This document shows positions 1-9,394 of a DNA stretch of 64,000 nucleotides, in pieces. Source of the stretch: Theionarchaea archaeon (GTDB lineage: Archaea; Methanobacteriota_B; Thermococci; Methanofastidiosales; SZ-28-30); assembly GCA_018992685.1 (NCBI GenBank), contig JACVGT010000019.1, positions 32,001 to 96,000 of the forward strand. Reading direction: 5' to 3'. The notes beneath the pieces were generated by a model, which saw nothing but the letters and a program-made list of their open reading frames with translations, was not told the DNA's origin and did no database searches. Positions within the stretch are counted from its first letter, which is position 1, and each line of letters opens with the position of its first letter. The translations under genes and the position numbers were made by a program.

Positions 1-507
1 CAGAGCAATGATGAGTACCAGAACCCAGATACTCTGCTTGCCCACGGCTGCAGACACCACAATGATGAGGGGCAAGAAAGGCAGGGTCAGTACAATGTCC
101 ACTGTCCTCATCAGCAGCGTATCCGTCGTCCCTCCATAGTACCCAGAAACCAACCCTACGGTTGTCCCAATGGCAACTGCCACCACAGCTGCAGTCAGAC
201 CAATGAGAAATGCGATCTGTGCACCTGACATGAGCTGAGACATAATGTCCCTGCCCCAGAAATCAGTTCCCAGAAGATGGGTTATAGACGGGGGAGATTT
301 GGAAACAATGAAAGGATCAAATCCAGTCATGGGGTGATAAATAGGATCTATGTGGGGCATTACAAACCCCAAGACGGCAAACACGAAGAAGAAAACAAGG
401 AGTCCAATTCCCACCAGTCCAATCTTGTTCTCCTTGTACATTTCCCAGCTCTTCTTCCACTGCTGGATTCGCGCTTCCCACTTGGTTCTCGGTTTCTGTT
501 CTTCCAT
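1..507 (-). CDS. dppC: Peptide ABC transporter permease (DppC/OppC type), runs off the window edge
   Basis: Translated by hand, not in the ORF track: MEEQKPRTKWEARIQ...HLLGTDFWGRDIMSQLMSGAQIAFLIG...GYYGGTTDTLLMRTVD. GGTGA RBS upstream; follows dppB. Confidence 0.9.
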   Translation of the reverse strand, partial: MEEQKPRTKWEARIQQWKKSWEMYKENKIGLVGIGLLVFFFVFAVLGFVMPHIDPIYHPMTGFDPFIVSKSPPSITHLLGTDFWGRDIMSQLMSGAQIAFLIGLTAAVVAVAIGTTVGLVSGYYGGTTDTLLMRTVDIVLTLPFLPLIIVVSAAVGKQSIWVLVLIIAL

Positions 508-517
508 TTCTCATCAC

Positions 518-1495
518 CTAGTACACAATTCGTGGATCCAGATAGGCGTACAAAATATCCGCCACCAGGTTGGCCACCAGAACCAGTAAGGCGATAAACA
601 GAAACGAAGCCTGGGCCAGCGGATAGTCAAAAGTCAGGGTTGCATCGACGATCATCTTTCCCAACCCCGGGTACGAGAAGGTGGTTTCCGTCAGAACACC
701 CCCTCCCACAGATCCAGCAACCGCAATGGCGAACGTCGTTACCACCGGTAACATGGCATTGCGTGCAGCATGCCTATCTCTGATTGTCTTTTCCGGCAAT
801 CCCTTTGCTCTGGCTGTCATGATATAGTCTTCCCGGAGCGTCTCAAGCATACTGGTACGCATGACCAGCATACTCCCTGCAAAGAATGCCAGCGTCAAAA
901 CTGATAGAGGCAGAGTGACATGTTTCAGAACGTCATACGCCTTAAGCAGCATACCAGAAGAAGGATCAGACCAAACATCGGGGCCTTTCAGCCCTCCCAG
1001 AGGAAAAAACCCGAACTTGTAGGAAAATATCCACAGTGCAATGAGTCCCACCCAGAAAATCGGCATACAATAGAAGAACAGCCCAAACAGGGTAGACCCA
1101 AACTCAAGCTTTCCTCCCCTCCTCCATGCAATTATCTTCCCAAGTGTTATTCCCAAACTATACGAAATGATATACGCACCTGTCCACAGGAGAATGGTTG
1201 CAGGGAGTTTCTCCTTCACCAAATCGTAAACAGGTCTCGCATAGTAAAACGAACGCCCAAAATTCCCTCTGAAAAAGTTCCTCAGATAAAAGAGATACTG
1301 ATACCATATTGGCTTATCAAGACCAAACTGAGCACGAATTATAGCTTTATGCTCAGGCGTCATTCTGGTATCCAGCATAAAAGCAGTGGGATCGCCAGGC
1401 ATCATTCTAAAGAGAATGAACATAATGGTCATAATGATTATCAAGGTTAAGAATATCTGGAATATCCTTTTTACAATGTACTTTTGCATGCTCAC
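518..1495 (-). CDS. dppB: Peptide ABC transporter permease (DppB/OppB type)
   Basis: MPGDP, FGLDKP, EAA loop EDYIMTARAKGL, C-terminal YAYLDPRI. Confidence 0.93.
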   Translation of the reverse strand: MSMQKYIVKRIFQIFLTLIIIMTIMFILFRMMPGDPTAFMLDTRMTPEHKAIIRAQFGLDKPIWYQYLFYLRNFFRGNFGRSFYYARPVYDLVKEKLPATILLWTGAYIISYSLGITLGKIIAWRRGGKLEFGSTLFGLFFYCMPIFWVGLIALWIFSYKFGFFPLGGLKGPDVWSDPSSGMLLKAYDVLKHVTLPLSVLTLAFFAGSMLVMRTSMLETLREDYIMTARAKGLPEKTIRDRHAARNAMLPVVTTFAIAVAGSVGGGVLTETTFSYPGLGKMIVDATLTFDYPLAQASFLFIALLVLVANLVADILYAYLDPRIVY

Positions 1496-1540
1496 GTTAT
1501 CAACCTCCTCCTTTCAGCTTTCCTACTCTCGACTGGTTTC

Positions 1541-1563
1541 TAAAAAAAAATAAAAAAAAAGGG
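1541..1563 (-). terminator. Oligo-T terminator/attenuator after the SBP gene
   Basis: Two T9 runs on the minus strand directly after the stop codon. Confidence 0.55.
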
Positions 1564-3408
1564 TTAGTTTCTCCTCTTGAGATAGACAGTACTACCTCCA
1601 ATCACTGCAAGCACCACAAAGAGCGTTCCGAGACAGGGCCCGTCGCCTTCTGCTTCTTTCTCTTCGGCTGCTGGCGCTGGTGTCTCTTCTGGAGTTACGA
1701 CAGGTTTGATGTACACGATGGAGTCTGAGATTCCGTCAAGTTCGTCAAACCAGCCAGAAAAGTGGTCATTCCTGTAGGCTTCCACAGCTGCGGGAGCAAA
1801 CAGCGGAATGTAGGGCAGTTCGTTTGCCAGGTACTCCTGCAATCTGAAAGCTGCCTGGATCTTCTCACCACGAGGTCCACAGGTGACCAGATCATCAGCC
1901 AGTCTGTCAAACTCAGGGTTAGAATACTGAGGAATGTTGTACCCGTACTCCATGATCTGCGAAGAGTGGAAGAAGTCTCTCAGGTAGTCAGGATAGATTG
2001 TCAGAGACCACCCCAGAACGAACATGTCATAGTCACGCTCACCCATTGCCTTCTGGACAATTGTACCAAATGCAGTCGGTTGCGCTGTAACTGGCAGGCC
2101 AATCTGTTTCAACCACTCCTGAATCAGCATACCAGACATAGCACGCAGTGGGTCGTAATCAGCAGGCGGTGTCAAGATGACGAATGGTTTGATGTACTCT
2201 CCTTTGTACTTCATACCTTCTCCAGGAACAACGACTCCTTCTTCAACAGTGGGCTCCACATCCCAAGAGTAGTTGCCAGTTTGCTTGAGAATATTCACAG
2301 CTTCAGGGACCCTTTCTGTCATGGGCTGACCGTACCCCCACTTCTTGACCTCAGTGTTGTACCACTGACGGTTGCCTGGAGGCACGACAGAGTAGAGAGC
2401 TTCACCATAGTTCTGCAACACTCTCTCCTGGATGAAATCTCTGTCCACAAGAGTCGCTACAGCCTGCCTGAAAGCCACATCACTGAAGGGCTCTCGTGCA
2501 CAGTTAAATGCCATGTAACGCATTCCGTTCTCAGGGTTGTTGGTTACCGTGACATTGGGATCTGCCAGAAGGTCTGACACATATCCGGGCTGAATTGCCC
2601 ACCATATGTAGTCAATCTCACCCTTTTTCAATCCCAAAATAGCAGCGTCTGTAGTGTCATAAATCCTATACACAATATAGTCAAAGTAAGGACCGAGAAC
2701 CAACTGGGTCCCATCGTCATATACATGGGTGCGACCGGTGTCAAAGTAGTTAGGATTCTTCTTGCTCTTGACATAGGAACCTCTCTGCCATTCCATGAAG
2801 ATAAGAGGCCCACAGCTCAGAATCTCATCAGGTTCTACAGGTTGGTACTCCTGCACAGCCTTGGTGGGATTCTCTGCAGCCCTAAACTCAGCGAGCTTGG
2901 GTTCCCAGATGTGACTGGGGATTGGCAAGCTCATGAGAGTCCCTTCAATGAAGGTTACTCTACATTCTGAGAGCACGAAGTGCAAGGTATAGTCATCGAG
3001 AGCTTCCACCGTCTCCACAAATTCCCAGCTAGACAGGTAACGGCCAATCTGGAATTCCTTGACCATGTTTCCAAACAGTGCATAGTCATGAGCAGTCAGT
3101 GGTTTACCATCAGACCAGTAGACGTCATCTCTGAGCTTGACTGTGTAATCAAGTATGTCAGAGGAAACCTCTGGAACTTCAAGAGCCACATTGGGGACGA
3201 TCTTGAAGTCAATTGGTCTGTAAGTCACTAGTCCTTCATAGAAATAGGTCAAAACGTGCCAGTCCCATACATCCTGCGCTTGGAAAGGATTCATGGTCTT
3301 GGGCTCATCTTGCATTCCGACATTGAAAGTCACTCCACCCTGCGAATGTACCGGTACCATGCTTGCTACCAAAATAGCCACAACAGCGACTATAAAAAGT
3401 CTTTTCAT
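1564..3408 (-). CDS. Family-5 solute-binding protein (SBP0), canonical domain order, C-terminal CLGT tail
   Basis: Start reset to MKRLF (AAGGAGG RBS); signal peptide; motif LRDDVYWSDGKPLTAHD; tail GPCLGTLFVVLAVIGGSTVYLKRRN. Confidence 0.92.
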   Translation of the reverse strand: MKRLFIVAVVAILVASMVPVHSQGGVTFNVGMQDEPKTMNPFQAQDVWDWHVLTYFYEGLVTYRPIDFKIVPNVALEVPEVSSDILDYTVKLRDDVYWSDGKPLTAHDYALFGNMVKEFQIGRYLSSWEFVETVEALDDYTLHFVLSECRVTFIEGTLMSLPIPSHIWEPKLAEFRAAENPTKAVQEYQPVEPDEILSCGPLIFMEWQRGSYVKSKKNPNYFDTGRTHVYDDGTQLVLGPYFDYIVYRIYDTTDAAILGLKKGEIDYIWWAIQPGYVSDLLADPNVTVTNNPENGMRYMAFNCAREPFSDVAFRQAVATLVDRDFIQERVLQNYGEALYSVVPPGNRQWYNTEVKKWGYGQPMTERVPEAVNILKQTGNYSWDVEPTVEEGVVVPGEGMKYKGEYIKPFVILTPPADYDPLRAMSGMLIQEWLKQIGLPVTAQPTAFGTIVQKAMGERDYDMFVLGWSLTIYPDYLRDFFHSSQIMEYGYNIPQYSNPEFDRLADDLVTCGPRGEKIQAAFRLQEYLANELPYIPLFAPAAVEAYRNDHFSGWFDELDGISDSIVYIKPVVTPEETPAPAAEEKEAEGDGPCLGTLFVVLAVIGGSTVYLKRRN

Positions 3409-3468
3409 ACACGAACCTCCTTTTCTCTTTTGCCGACTCAGCCGGCTATTACTCCTTATAGCAACCCA

Positions 3469-3483
3469 CTTATAAAGTTTTCT
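3469..3483 (-). promoter_or_regulatory. BRE/TATA promoter of the SBP0 operon
   Basis: Minus strand reads agaaaacTTTATAAG about 60 nt upstream of the ATG. Confidence 0.6.
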
Positions 3484-3771
3484 GTCAAGGGTCAACAAGG
3501 TCTATACGGTAGCTAAGCGAACTTAAAGGATACTCTGTCCTTTTCTTGTCATGGGAAATCAGTATTCAACTGGAGCATTCTTTTCTGAGCGCAATTGTAC
3601 GTATATCTACATCTTCCAATGATACCTACAACCACGTAAGTCTCCGTCCATCATTCGTCGCAGAACGAGAAAAAGGGCTCGGGTATCCTACCTCTTTTTC
3701 TGCTGTGTCTACCTTCTCTTGAGGTTGCCTGTCCCCCTTCCATGGGGCTGCTCTGTGCAGCAGAAGAGGCT

Positions 3772-3921
3772 CTAAACCAGAAGCGAGAATATCACAGCCA
3801 ACACAAACAGAAAGACCAATACCAGAACGTACGGGAGAAAAATCTGCCAAAGAGCAATAGTAAAGGCCAGGACATCTTTCTTATCGGCCTTGAATTCCAG
3901 GTTGTTTTCCATGTCTTCCAT
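3772..3921 (-). CDS. Small single-pass membrane protein (49 aa), last gene of the second ABC operon
   Basis: Hand translation MEDMENNLEFKADKKDVLAFTIALWQIFLPYVLVLVFLFVLAVIFSLLV; AGGTG RBS overlaps the upstream stop; below the ORF-track cutoff. Confidence 0.7.
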   Translation of the reverse strand: MEDMENNLEFKADKKDVLAFTIALWQIFLPYVLVLVFLFVLAVIFSLLV

Positions 3922-3930
3922 TCCATACAC

Positions 3931-5391
3931 CTATTCTCCGTGTGAGTAAAGAGATAAAAAGGTTTCTTCTGCTGATTGTGAAAGGCGAGAAAAGTCTTTC
4001 GCAATTTCAGGAGATACCATACTACATAGCTTCAAGACCAGGACCAGCACAATGAATCCTCCAACATAGAAGAACACATCATGTGAGAAGACAGTGGGCA
4101 CATTTCCCCTGAGCAGAATGACCAATATAATCAGTCTCAATATGTTCCAGGCTGAGATCAATCCAAATCCCACGAAAGAGAGCAATACCTTCTTCTTAAG
4201 GGATATGGTGGTTGCAAAAACCACACCCAGAAAAACCGCTATGAAGAAGAGAGAAAGACAGGATTTCTCTATGGAACAGCCCTCCAGAAAGACGAAGTCA
4301 CTCCCTGCAACGTACGCGGTATAAAACCCAAACAGATCAAGAATCGCTTTTGTGACCAGAGCAACTGCCTTCCTGAACAGAAAATAGTCTGAAATATAGT
4401 AGATGATCACAGAGATAATGGTGGCTTTGACGAGAAATGCACTGAGCTCACTGGAGATGAAGAACGAATACAATTTCTCCAGCACGTTCTCCTTCCGGGG
4501 GTATTCCCGGGTCATCAGTTCGTCCAGGAATATGGGGAGCAGGAGGATGAGAACCATAATGATTGACCAGAAGGGGATGATCACGTTACTGGGTTCACGA
4601 ATATCACTGTACTGTGCCCTCTTGTCCAGGTTCACCTGAAATATCTCCCTCGTGGCCATACCAGTGATGAAGTAGGTGTTCTCTTCTCCAGCGGCAATCG
4701 CGCGGGGAAGACTGTCAGGAGCGTAGTACCATGAGGACGTCGTTTTACCCCTGGCATTAATGTGGAACACCTTCCTTGAGGTTACTCCAGTCACAATAAT
4801 TTCACCATTCTTGTATTCAATGTCTCCTGCAAAAGGAGCGGGTGACTCAAGAAAGTCCAGGATTTCTCCTGAATCGGGATTATACCGATAAATGATGGAA
4901 TTAGGGTATATGTTGGCAAAGAGATCCGGGTACTCTTCAAGCCCAAACACGTCCAGGATCCACAGGGCCTCTCCGTCCCAGGCCAGTCCGTATGGAGTGC
5001 TGTAAGGAGTCACATATGATCCTTTGACAGTTCCATCGATCGAAACCTTGTAGATGGTCCTTCTTGCATAATCAGCTACCCAGAAGTTCTCCCCATCAAA
5101 GGTGAGTCCAGCTGTCTCAAAACAGGGCACACTGATGGTCCGAATGACCTGGCTGGTTTTCAGATCAAACTCCAGGATTGCCTTGTCAAGACCAGACGAT
5201 ATCCAGAGGGAGCCATCCATGAAGTAAAGCCCATTGGTAGTGTAGGTGGGGCGCTGGTAGATTTCATCATTCTTGTATCTGTTGGGGATGTATTTTTCTC
5301 CTTTCCACTCCTGGTACTCACTATTGACGTAGAGAACAAATAAGAAAAAGAAGAAAACAACCGCAACCAATTTCTTGTTGTCGCTTTTCAT
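3931..5391 (-). CDS. Beta-propeller (glutaminyl cyclase/NHL-like repeats) fused to an exosortase/archaeosortase-like membrane domain
   Basis: N-terminal signal anchor; repeats GLYFMDGSLW, GLTFDGENFW, GLAWDGEALW; C-terminal multi-TM domain with IEKSC, WNILRL and FSHD (Cys/Arg/His triad spacing). Confidence 0.75.
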   Translation of the reverse strand: MKSDNKKLVAVVFFFFLFVLYVNSEYQEWKGEKYIPNRYKNDEIYQRPTYTTNGLYFMDGSLWISSGLDKAILEFDLKTSQVIRTISVPCFETAGLTFDGENFWVADYARRTIYKVSIDGTVKGSYVTPYSTPYGLAWDGEALWILDVFGLEEYPDLFANIYPNSIIYRYNPDSGEILDFLESPAPFAGDIEYKNGEIIVTGVTSRKVFHINARGKTTSSWYYAPDSLPRAIAAGEENTYFITGMATREIFQVNLDKRAQYSDIREPSNVIIPFWSIIMVLILLLPIFLDELMTREYPRKENVLEKLYSFFISSELSAFLVKATIISVIIYYISDYFLFRKAVALVTKAILDLFGFYTAYVAGSDFVFLEGCSIEKSCLSLFFIAVFLGVVFATTISLKKKVLLSFVGFGLISAWNILRLIILVILLRGNVPTVFSHDVFFYVGGFIVLVLVLKLCSMVSPEIAKDFSRLSQSAEETFLSLYSHGE

Positions 5392-5392
5392 T

Positions 5393-6361
5393 CTACATCA
5401 GAGGGTAGTGGCATGCCACGAAATGGCCATCTCCCATATCACGCAGCTGAGGGATTTCTGTGGCGCAGTTTTCTTTTGCATATCGACATCGGGGATGGAA
5501 CCGGCATCCCTGAGGAGGATTGGCTGGTGTCGGCACATCACCCGTGAGAATGATCCTCTTCCTCTTCTTTCGGGGATCGGCTATGGGTGCTGCCGAAAGG
5601 AGTGCCTCAGTATAGGGATGGTACATCTTCTCGAAGATCTGTTCTTCTGTACCCATCTCGACAATGACACCCACGTACATCACAGCCACTCTATCACTGA
5701 TGTGTCTGACGATGCTCAGATCGTGAGTAATGAACATCATAGTTAGCCCTTCCTCTTTCTGGATGTCAGACAGCAGATTCAAGATCTTTGACTGAACAGA
5801 CACATCCAGGGCAGATGTTGGTTCGTCTGCCACGATCAGCCTTGGCTTGAGCGCAATGGCTCGGGCTATGCCAATTCGCTGCCTCTGTCCTCCAGAAAAT
5901 TCATGAGGGTAACGGTATATGTGAAAGGGCGCCAACCCAACTTCATTCATGAGCCGCAGAACAACTTTCTTCTTCTCTCCTGATTTCAATTCCCCATGGA
6001 TTTCGAAGGGCTCTCCAATAATGTCATAGACAGTCATCCTGGGATCCAGTGATGAGTAGGGATCTTGGTATATCATCTGAGCTTCTTTCTTGAATTCCTT
6101 CAGTTCCCGGGATCCCAACTTACTAACATCTCTTCCTTCAAAGAGGATTTCTCCTGCTGTTGGTTCGATGAGCCTCAGGACAGTCTTTCCCAGCGTGGTC
6201 TTTCCACATCCAGACTCACCCACAATGCCCAGGATTTCCTTGGGGAAGACATCAAAACTCACATTATCCACTGCTCTGATATCTCCCACCTTTCGCCCAA
6301 AGAATCCCGCAGTTATGGGAAAGTACTTCTCCAGATTCCTAACCTGCATTAGCGGCTTCAT
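5393..6361 (-). CDS. dppF: Peptide ABC transporter ATPase (DppF/OppF)
   Basis: [17 protein letters not shown]-terminal CRFHPRC; ATG overlaps the dppD stop (ATGA). Confidence 0.95.
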   Translation of the reverse strand: MKPLMQVRNLEKYFPITAGFFGRKVGDIRAVDNVSFDVFPKEILGIVGESGCGKTTLGKTVLRLIEPTAGEILFEGRDVSKLGSRELKEFKKEAQMIYQDPYSSLDPRMTVYDIIGEPFEIHGELKSGEKKKVVLRLMNEVGLAPFHIYRYPHEFSGGQRQRIGIARAIALKPRLIVADEPTSALDVSVQSKILNLLSDIQKEEGLTMMFITHDLSIVRHISDRVAVMYVGVIVEMGTEEQIFEKMYHPYTEALLSAAPIADPRKKRKRIILTGDVPTPANPPQGCRFHPRCRYAKENCATEIPQLRDMGDGHFVACHYPLM

Positions 6362-7338
6362 AACTTGGTCCCCTCCCTTTTGTGCCAGCACTCAACATAG
6401 TGATCGCCAATCCACTCTCCGTTTGGCTGTTCCTTTTCACAAACCTCTGTTGCAAAGTCACACCGAGGATGGAACCGGCATCCAGATGGAGGATAGATTA
6501 GATTGGGGACAACACCCTTGATAACACCCAATTTCTGTTTCTTCTCTGTCACCTTGGGTATCGCCTCATGAAGTGCGATAGTATAGGGGTGAAGTGGGGC
6601 ATGAAAGACAATGTCAACTTCTCCATACTCAACCAGCCGCCCAGCGTACATCACTCCCACATGATCAGACATCTCGGCAATGACACCAAGGTTATGCGTG
6701 ATGAGCAAGACTGTTGTGCCTAGCTCTCTCTTGAGGTTGTTTATCATGTCCAAAACCTGTGCCTGAACTGTCACGTCGAGATTTGTCGTGGGCTCGTCTG
6801 CTACCAGCATTTTGGGATTACATGAGAGAGCCATTGCAATCATGACCCGCTGCTTCATTCCTCCACTAAACTGATGTGGAAAGTCATCAACACGGGCATC
6901 AGGGTCGGGGATACCCACGAGATCTAACATTTCAATTGCTTTCTGTCTAGCTTCTTTTTTCCCAAGACCCTGGTGAAGTTCAATCACTTCTCTCAATTGA
7001 TTGTCCACCGTATATACGGGGTTAAGTGCACTCTGAGGATCCTGGAATATCATTGAAATGTCATTCCCTCTGATTTGCCTCATGTCGCTCTCAGAAAGAG
7101 CCAGGAGGTTCACACCTTCAAAGAGAATCTCTCCATCAATAATCTTCCCCGGAGGATCGGGAACAAGTCTGAGGACAGACAGGGCAGTGACAGTCTTTCC
7201 ACAACCAGATTCACCGACCAGCCCTAAGGTCTCTCCCTGCTCAATGTGAATATCGATTCCTTCCAACGCTCTTACGATGCCATCCTCTGTATAAAAGTAC
7301 GTTCTCAGTCCTTTAATTTCCAGTAGATTATCAGCCAA
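6358..7338 (-). CDS. dppD: Peptide ABC transporter ATPase (DppD/OppD)
   Basis: [22 protein letters not shown]; TTG start with GGTGA RBS. Confidence 0.95.
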   Translation of the reverse strand: MADNLLEIKGLRTYFYTEDGIVRALEGIDIHIEQGETLGLVGESGCGKTVTALSVLRLVPDPPGKIIDGEILFEGVNLLALSESDMRQIRGNDISMIFQDPQSALNPVYTVDNQLREVIELHQGLGKKEARQKAIEMLDLVGIPDPDARVDDFPHQFSGGMKQRVMIAMALSCNPKMLVADEPTTNLDVTVQAQVLDMINNLKRELGTTVLLITHNLGVIAEMSDHVGVMYAGRLVEYGEVDIVFHAPLHPYTIALHEAIPKVTEKKQKLGVIKGVVPNLIYPPSGCRFHPRCDFATEVCEKEQPNGEWIGDHYVECWHKREGTKL

Positions 7339-7342
7339 AATA

Positions 7343-8269
7343 TCACCTTTTCAGTCGAGGATCGAGTGAATCTCTGAGTCCATCACCCAGCAAATTGAAT
7401 CCCAAAACAGCAATGAAAATCATGATACCGGGCAGTACGGTAATCCACCAGGCTGACCTCATGACATCTCGTCCTTCAGCGCAAATTCGTCCCCATGAGG
7501 GAATCACAGGGTTCCCGAACCCCAGGAATGCAACACCTGCCTCTGTCAGAATTGCTGCAGCCATTCCAAACGTTGCTGCCACGATCACAGGTGCAATTGC
7601 ATTGGGGAGCATGTGCCTCCAGATGATACGAAAGTTGGATGCCCCGAGTCCCCGTGCTGCTTCTGTGAACTGCCTCTCCCTGAGAGACAAGATTTCGCTC
7701 CGGATTAATCGGGCATATCCTGTCCAGTTGATGAAAGCAATGGCCAACCCGATCATGATCAGACCGCCTTCAGGATACAAAGTCACGAGGATGACGACTA
7801 TTGGGATAAAGGGCAGTGCCAGGAAAACATCAACAATTCTCATCAGAAGAATGTCCAGTACTCCTCCATAGTACGCAGAGATGGCTCCATACAATGTACC
7901 GACTATTCCACCGATGCCAACAGCAACAATCCCCACCAGAAGGGATCTTTCTGCACCATACAGCAGGCGAGAGTACAGACACCTTCCAAGAGCGTCAGTG
8001 CCAAGTGGAAATTCAGGGTTTTCACCCGGTGCCAGGTAACTGTTCATCAGCGAAACAGTATTAGGGTCATTTGGTGCTATTTCTGGAGCAAAAATCGCCA
8101 TTAATACAACTACCAGGAATACGCCAAATCCTACAATACCAGCTTTGTTTCTGATGAAGCGCCGGAGGGTTGTCATGAGCATTCCTGCACTTCGTTCTGC
8201 CTCACGCAACTGCTGCTCCAGCTCCTTGTCCATTTCAGGTATCTCAGTCGTTTTCTTCTTTTCTGCCAT
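7343..8269 (-). CDS. dppC: Peptide ABC transporter permease (DppC/OppC)
   Basis: LGTDALGR, EAARGLGA, FNLLGDGLRDSLDPR. Confidence 0.95.
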   Translation of the reverse strand: MAEKKKTTEIPEMDKELEQQLREAERSAGMLMTTLRRFIRNKAGIVGFGVFLVVVLMAIFAPEIAPNDPNTVSLMNSYLAPGENPEFPLGTDALGRCLYSRLLYGAERSLLVGIVAVGIGGIVGTLYGAISAYYGGVLDILLMRIVDVFLALPFIPIVVILVTLYPEGGLIMIGLAIAFINWTGYARLIRSEILSLRERQFTEAARGLGASNFRIIWRHMLPNAIAPVIVAATFGMAAAILTEAGVAFLGFGNPVIPSWGRICAEGRDVMRSAWWITVLPGIMIFIAVLGFNLLGDGLRDSLDPRLKR

Positions 8270-8284
8270 GAAATCACCTTTAGA

Positions 8285-9268
8285 CTAAAACTCCACTCTT
8301 GGATCAAGCCATTTGTAGGAAATGTCAATCAAGACATTAGCCACTAGAATAAGAGTTCCAAGTACCACGGTAATCCCTACAATGACGAAATAGTCCCTGT
8401 GCTGAATTGCATACACAAAGTACTTCCCCAGGCCGGGCCATGAAAACACTGTCTCAGTAATAGGTGCTCCTCCCAGGGTAAGTGCAATCTGCATCCCTGT
8501 CACAGTTATCACTGGAAGCATTGCGTTTCTCAGTGCATGCTTGTAAATCACTATTCGTTCCTTGAGCCCCTTGGCCCTTGCTGTCATGATATAGTCTTCC
8601 CGCAGGACATTGAGCATTGAGGATCGGACCAACCGCGCATTGTATGCAGTCGATGCCAGACCCAGAGTCAATGTGGGCAGAGCCAGATGTTTCAGGTAAT
8701 CAAAGTAGTACGAAAAGTCATGGGGAATATCTTTTCCCAGAAACACCGTAGAATGGGCACCCCCACTGGGAAGCCATCCCAGTATCAGGGCAAATATGAA
8801 AATGTTCATCAACCCCAGGAAGAATATGGGGAACGAAACGCCCAGTAACGCCGCTGTCATGACCAGATTATCCGTCTTTGAATATTGTCTGACTGCAGAT
8901 ACAATTCCTGCTGGGATAGCAACACCTATCGAAAAGACAACGGCAAGCAGCTGGTATGATAGGGTGTTTACCACTCTGGCCCCGATTTCTTCGGAGACAT
9001 CTCTTCCAGATAGAAATGAAGATCCAAGATTAAAGGTTGCAAACTGTTTGAGCCAGTAAAAGTACTGGATATACCAAGGTTTATCCAGGCCGTAAATCGA
9101 TTTTATGTGTGCCACGTATGCAGGATCAGTGTCGGGCTGTAGTGCCAACATGAGATCAACAGCATCCCCTGGCATCAAGTACATTAGCATGAACACTATG
9201 AAAGAGATTCCCATGAGCATGGGAATAATCAGGATCACTCTTTTCAGGATATATTCTCTCATTCCCAT
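8285..9268 (-). CDS. dppB: Peptide ABC transporter permease (DppB/OppB)
   Basis: MPGDA, YGLDKP, EDYIMTARAKGL, WLDPRV; AAGGAGG RBS. Confidence 0.95.
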   Translation of the reverse strand: MGMREYILKRVILIIPMLMGISFIVFMLMYLMPGDAVDLMLALQPDTDPAYVAHIKSIYGLDKPWYIQYFYWLKQFATFNLGSSFLSGRDVSEEIGARVVNTLSYQLLAVVFSIGVAIPAGIVSAVRQYSKTDNLVMTAALLGVSFPIFFLGLMNIFIFALILGWLPSGGAHSTVFLGKDIPHDFSYYFDYLKHLALPTLTLGLASTAYNARLVRSSMLNVLREDYIMTARAKGLKERIVIYKHALRNAMLPVITVTGMQIALTLGGAPITETVFSWPGLGKYFVYAIQHRDYFVIVGITVVLGTLILVANVLIDISYKWLDPRVEF

Positions 9269-9394
9269 ATCGCACATCCTCCTTTGTTTTGTTTAGAGCA
9301 AGTCTCCTCATGTCGGGGCTGTTCTTTCTTGTCCTCAGTCATTTCAACTCTCCCTCTTCAAAAAAGGGAAAAAGAGGGAAAAAATTTTGTTCTT

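Noticed and set aside
1762-2577. Long opposite-strand ORFs (e.g. 1762-2577, 13854-14441, 27193-27786, 44220-44843, 49799-50527)
   Set aside because: Antisense shadows of well-supported genes with no recognisable motifs
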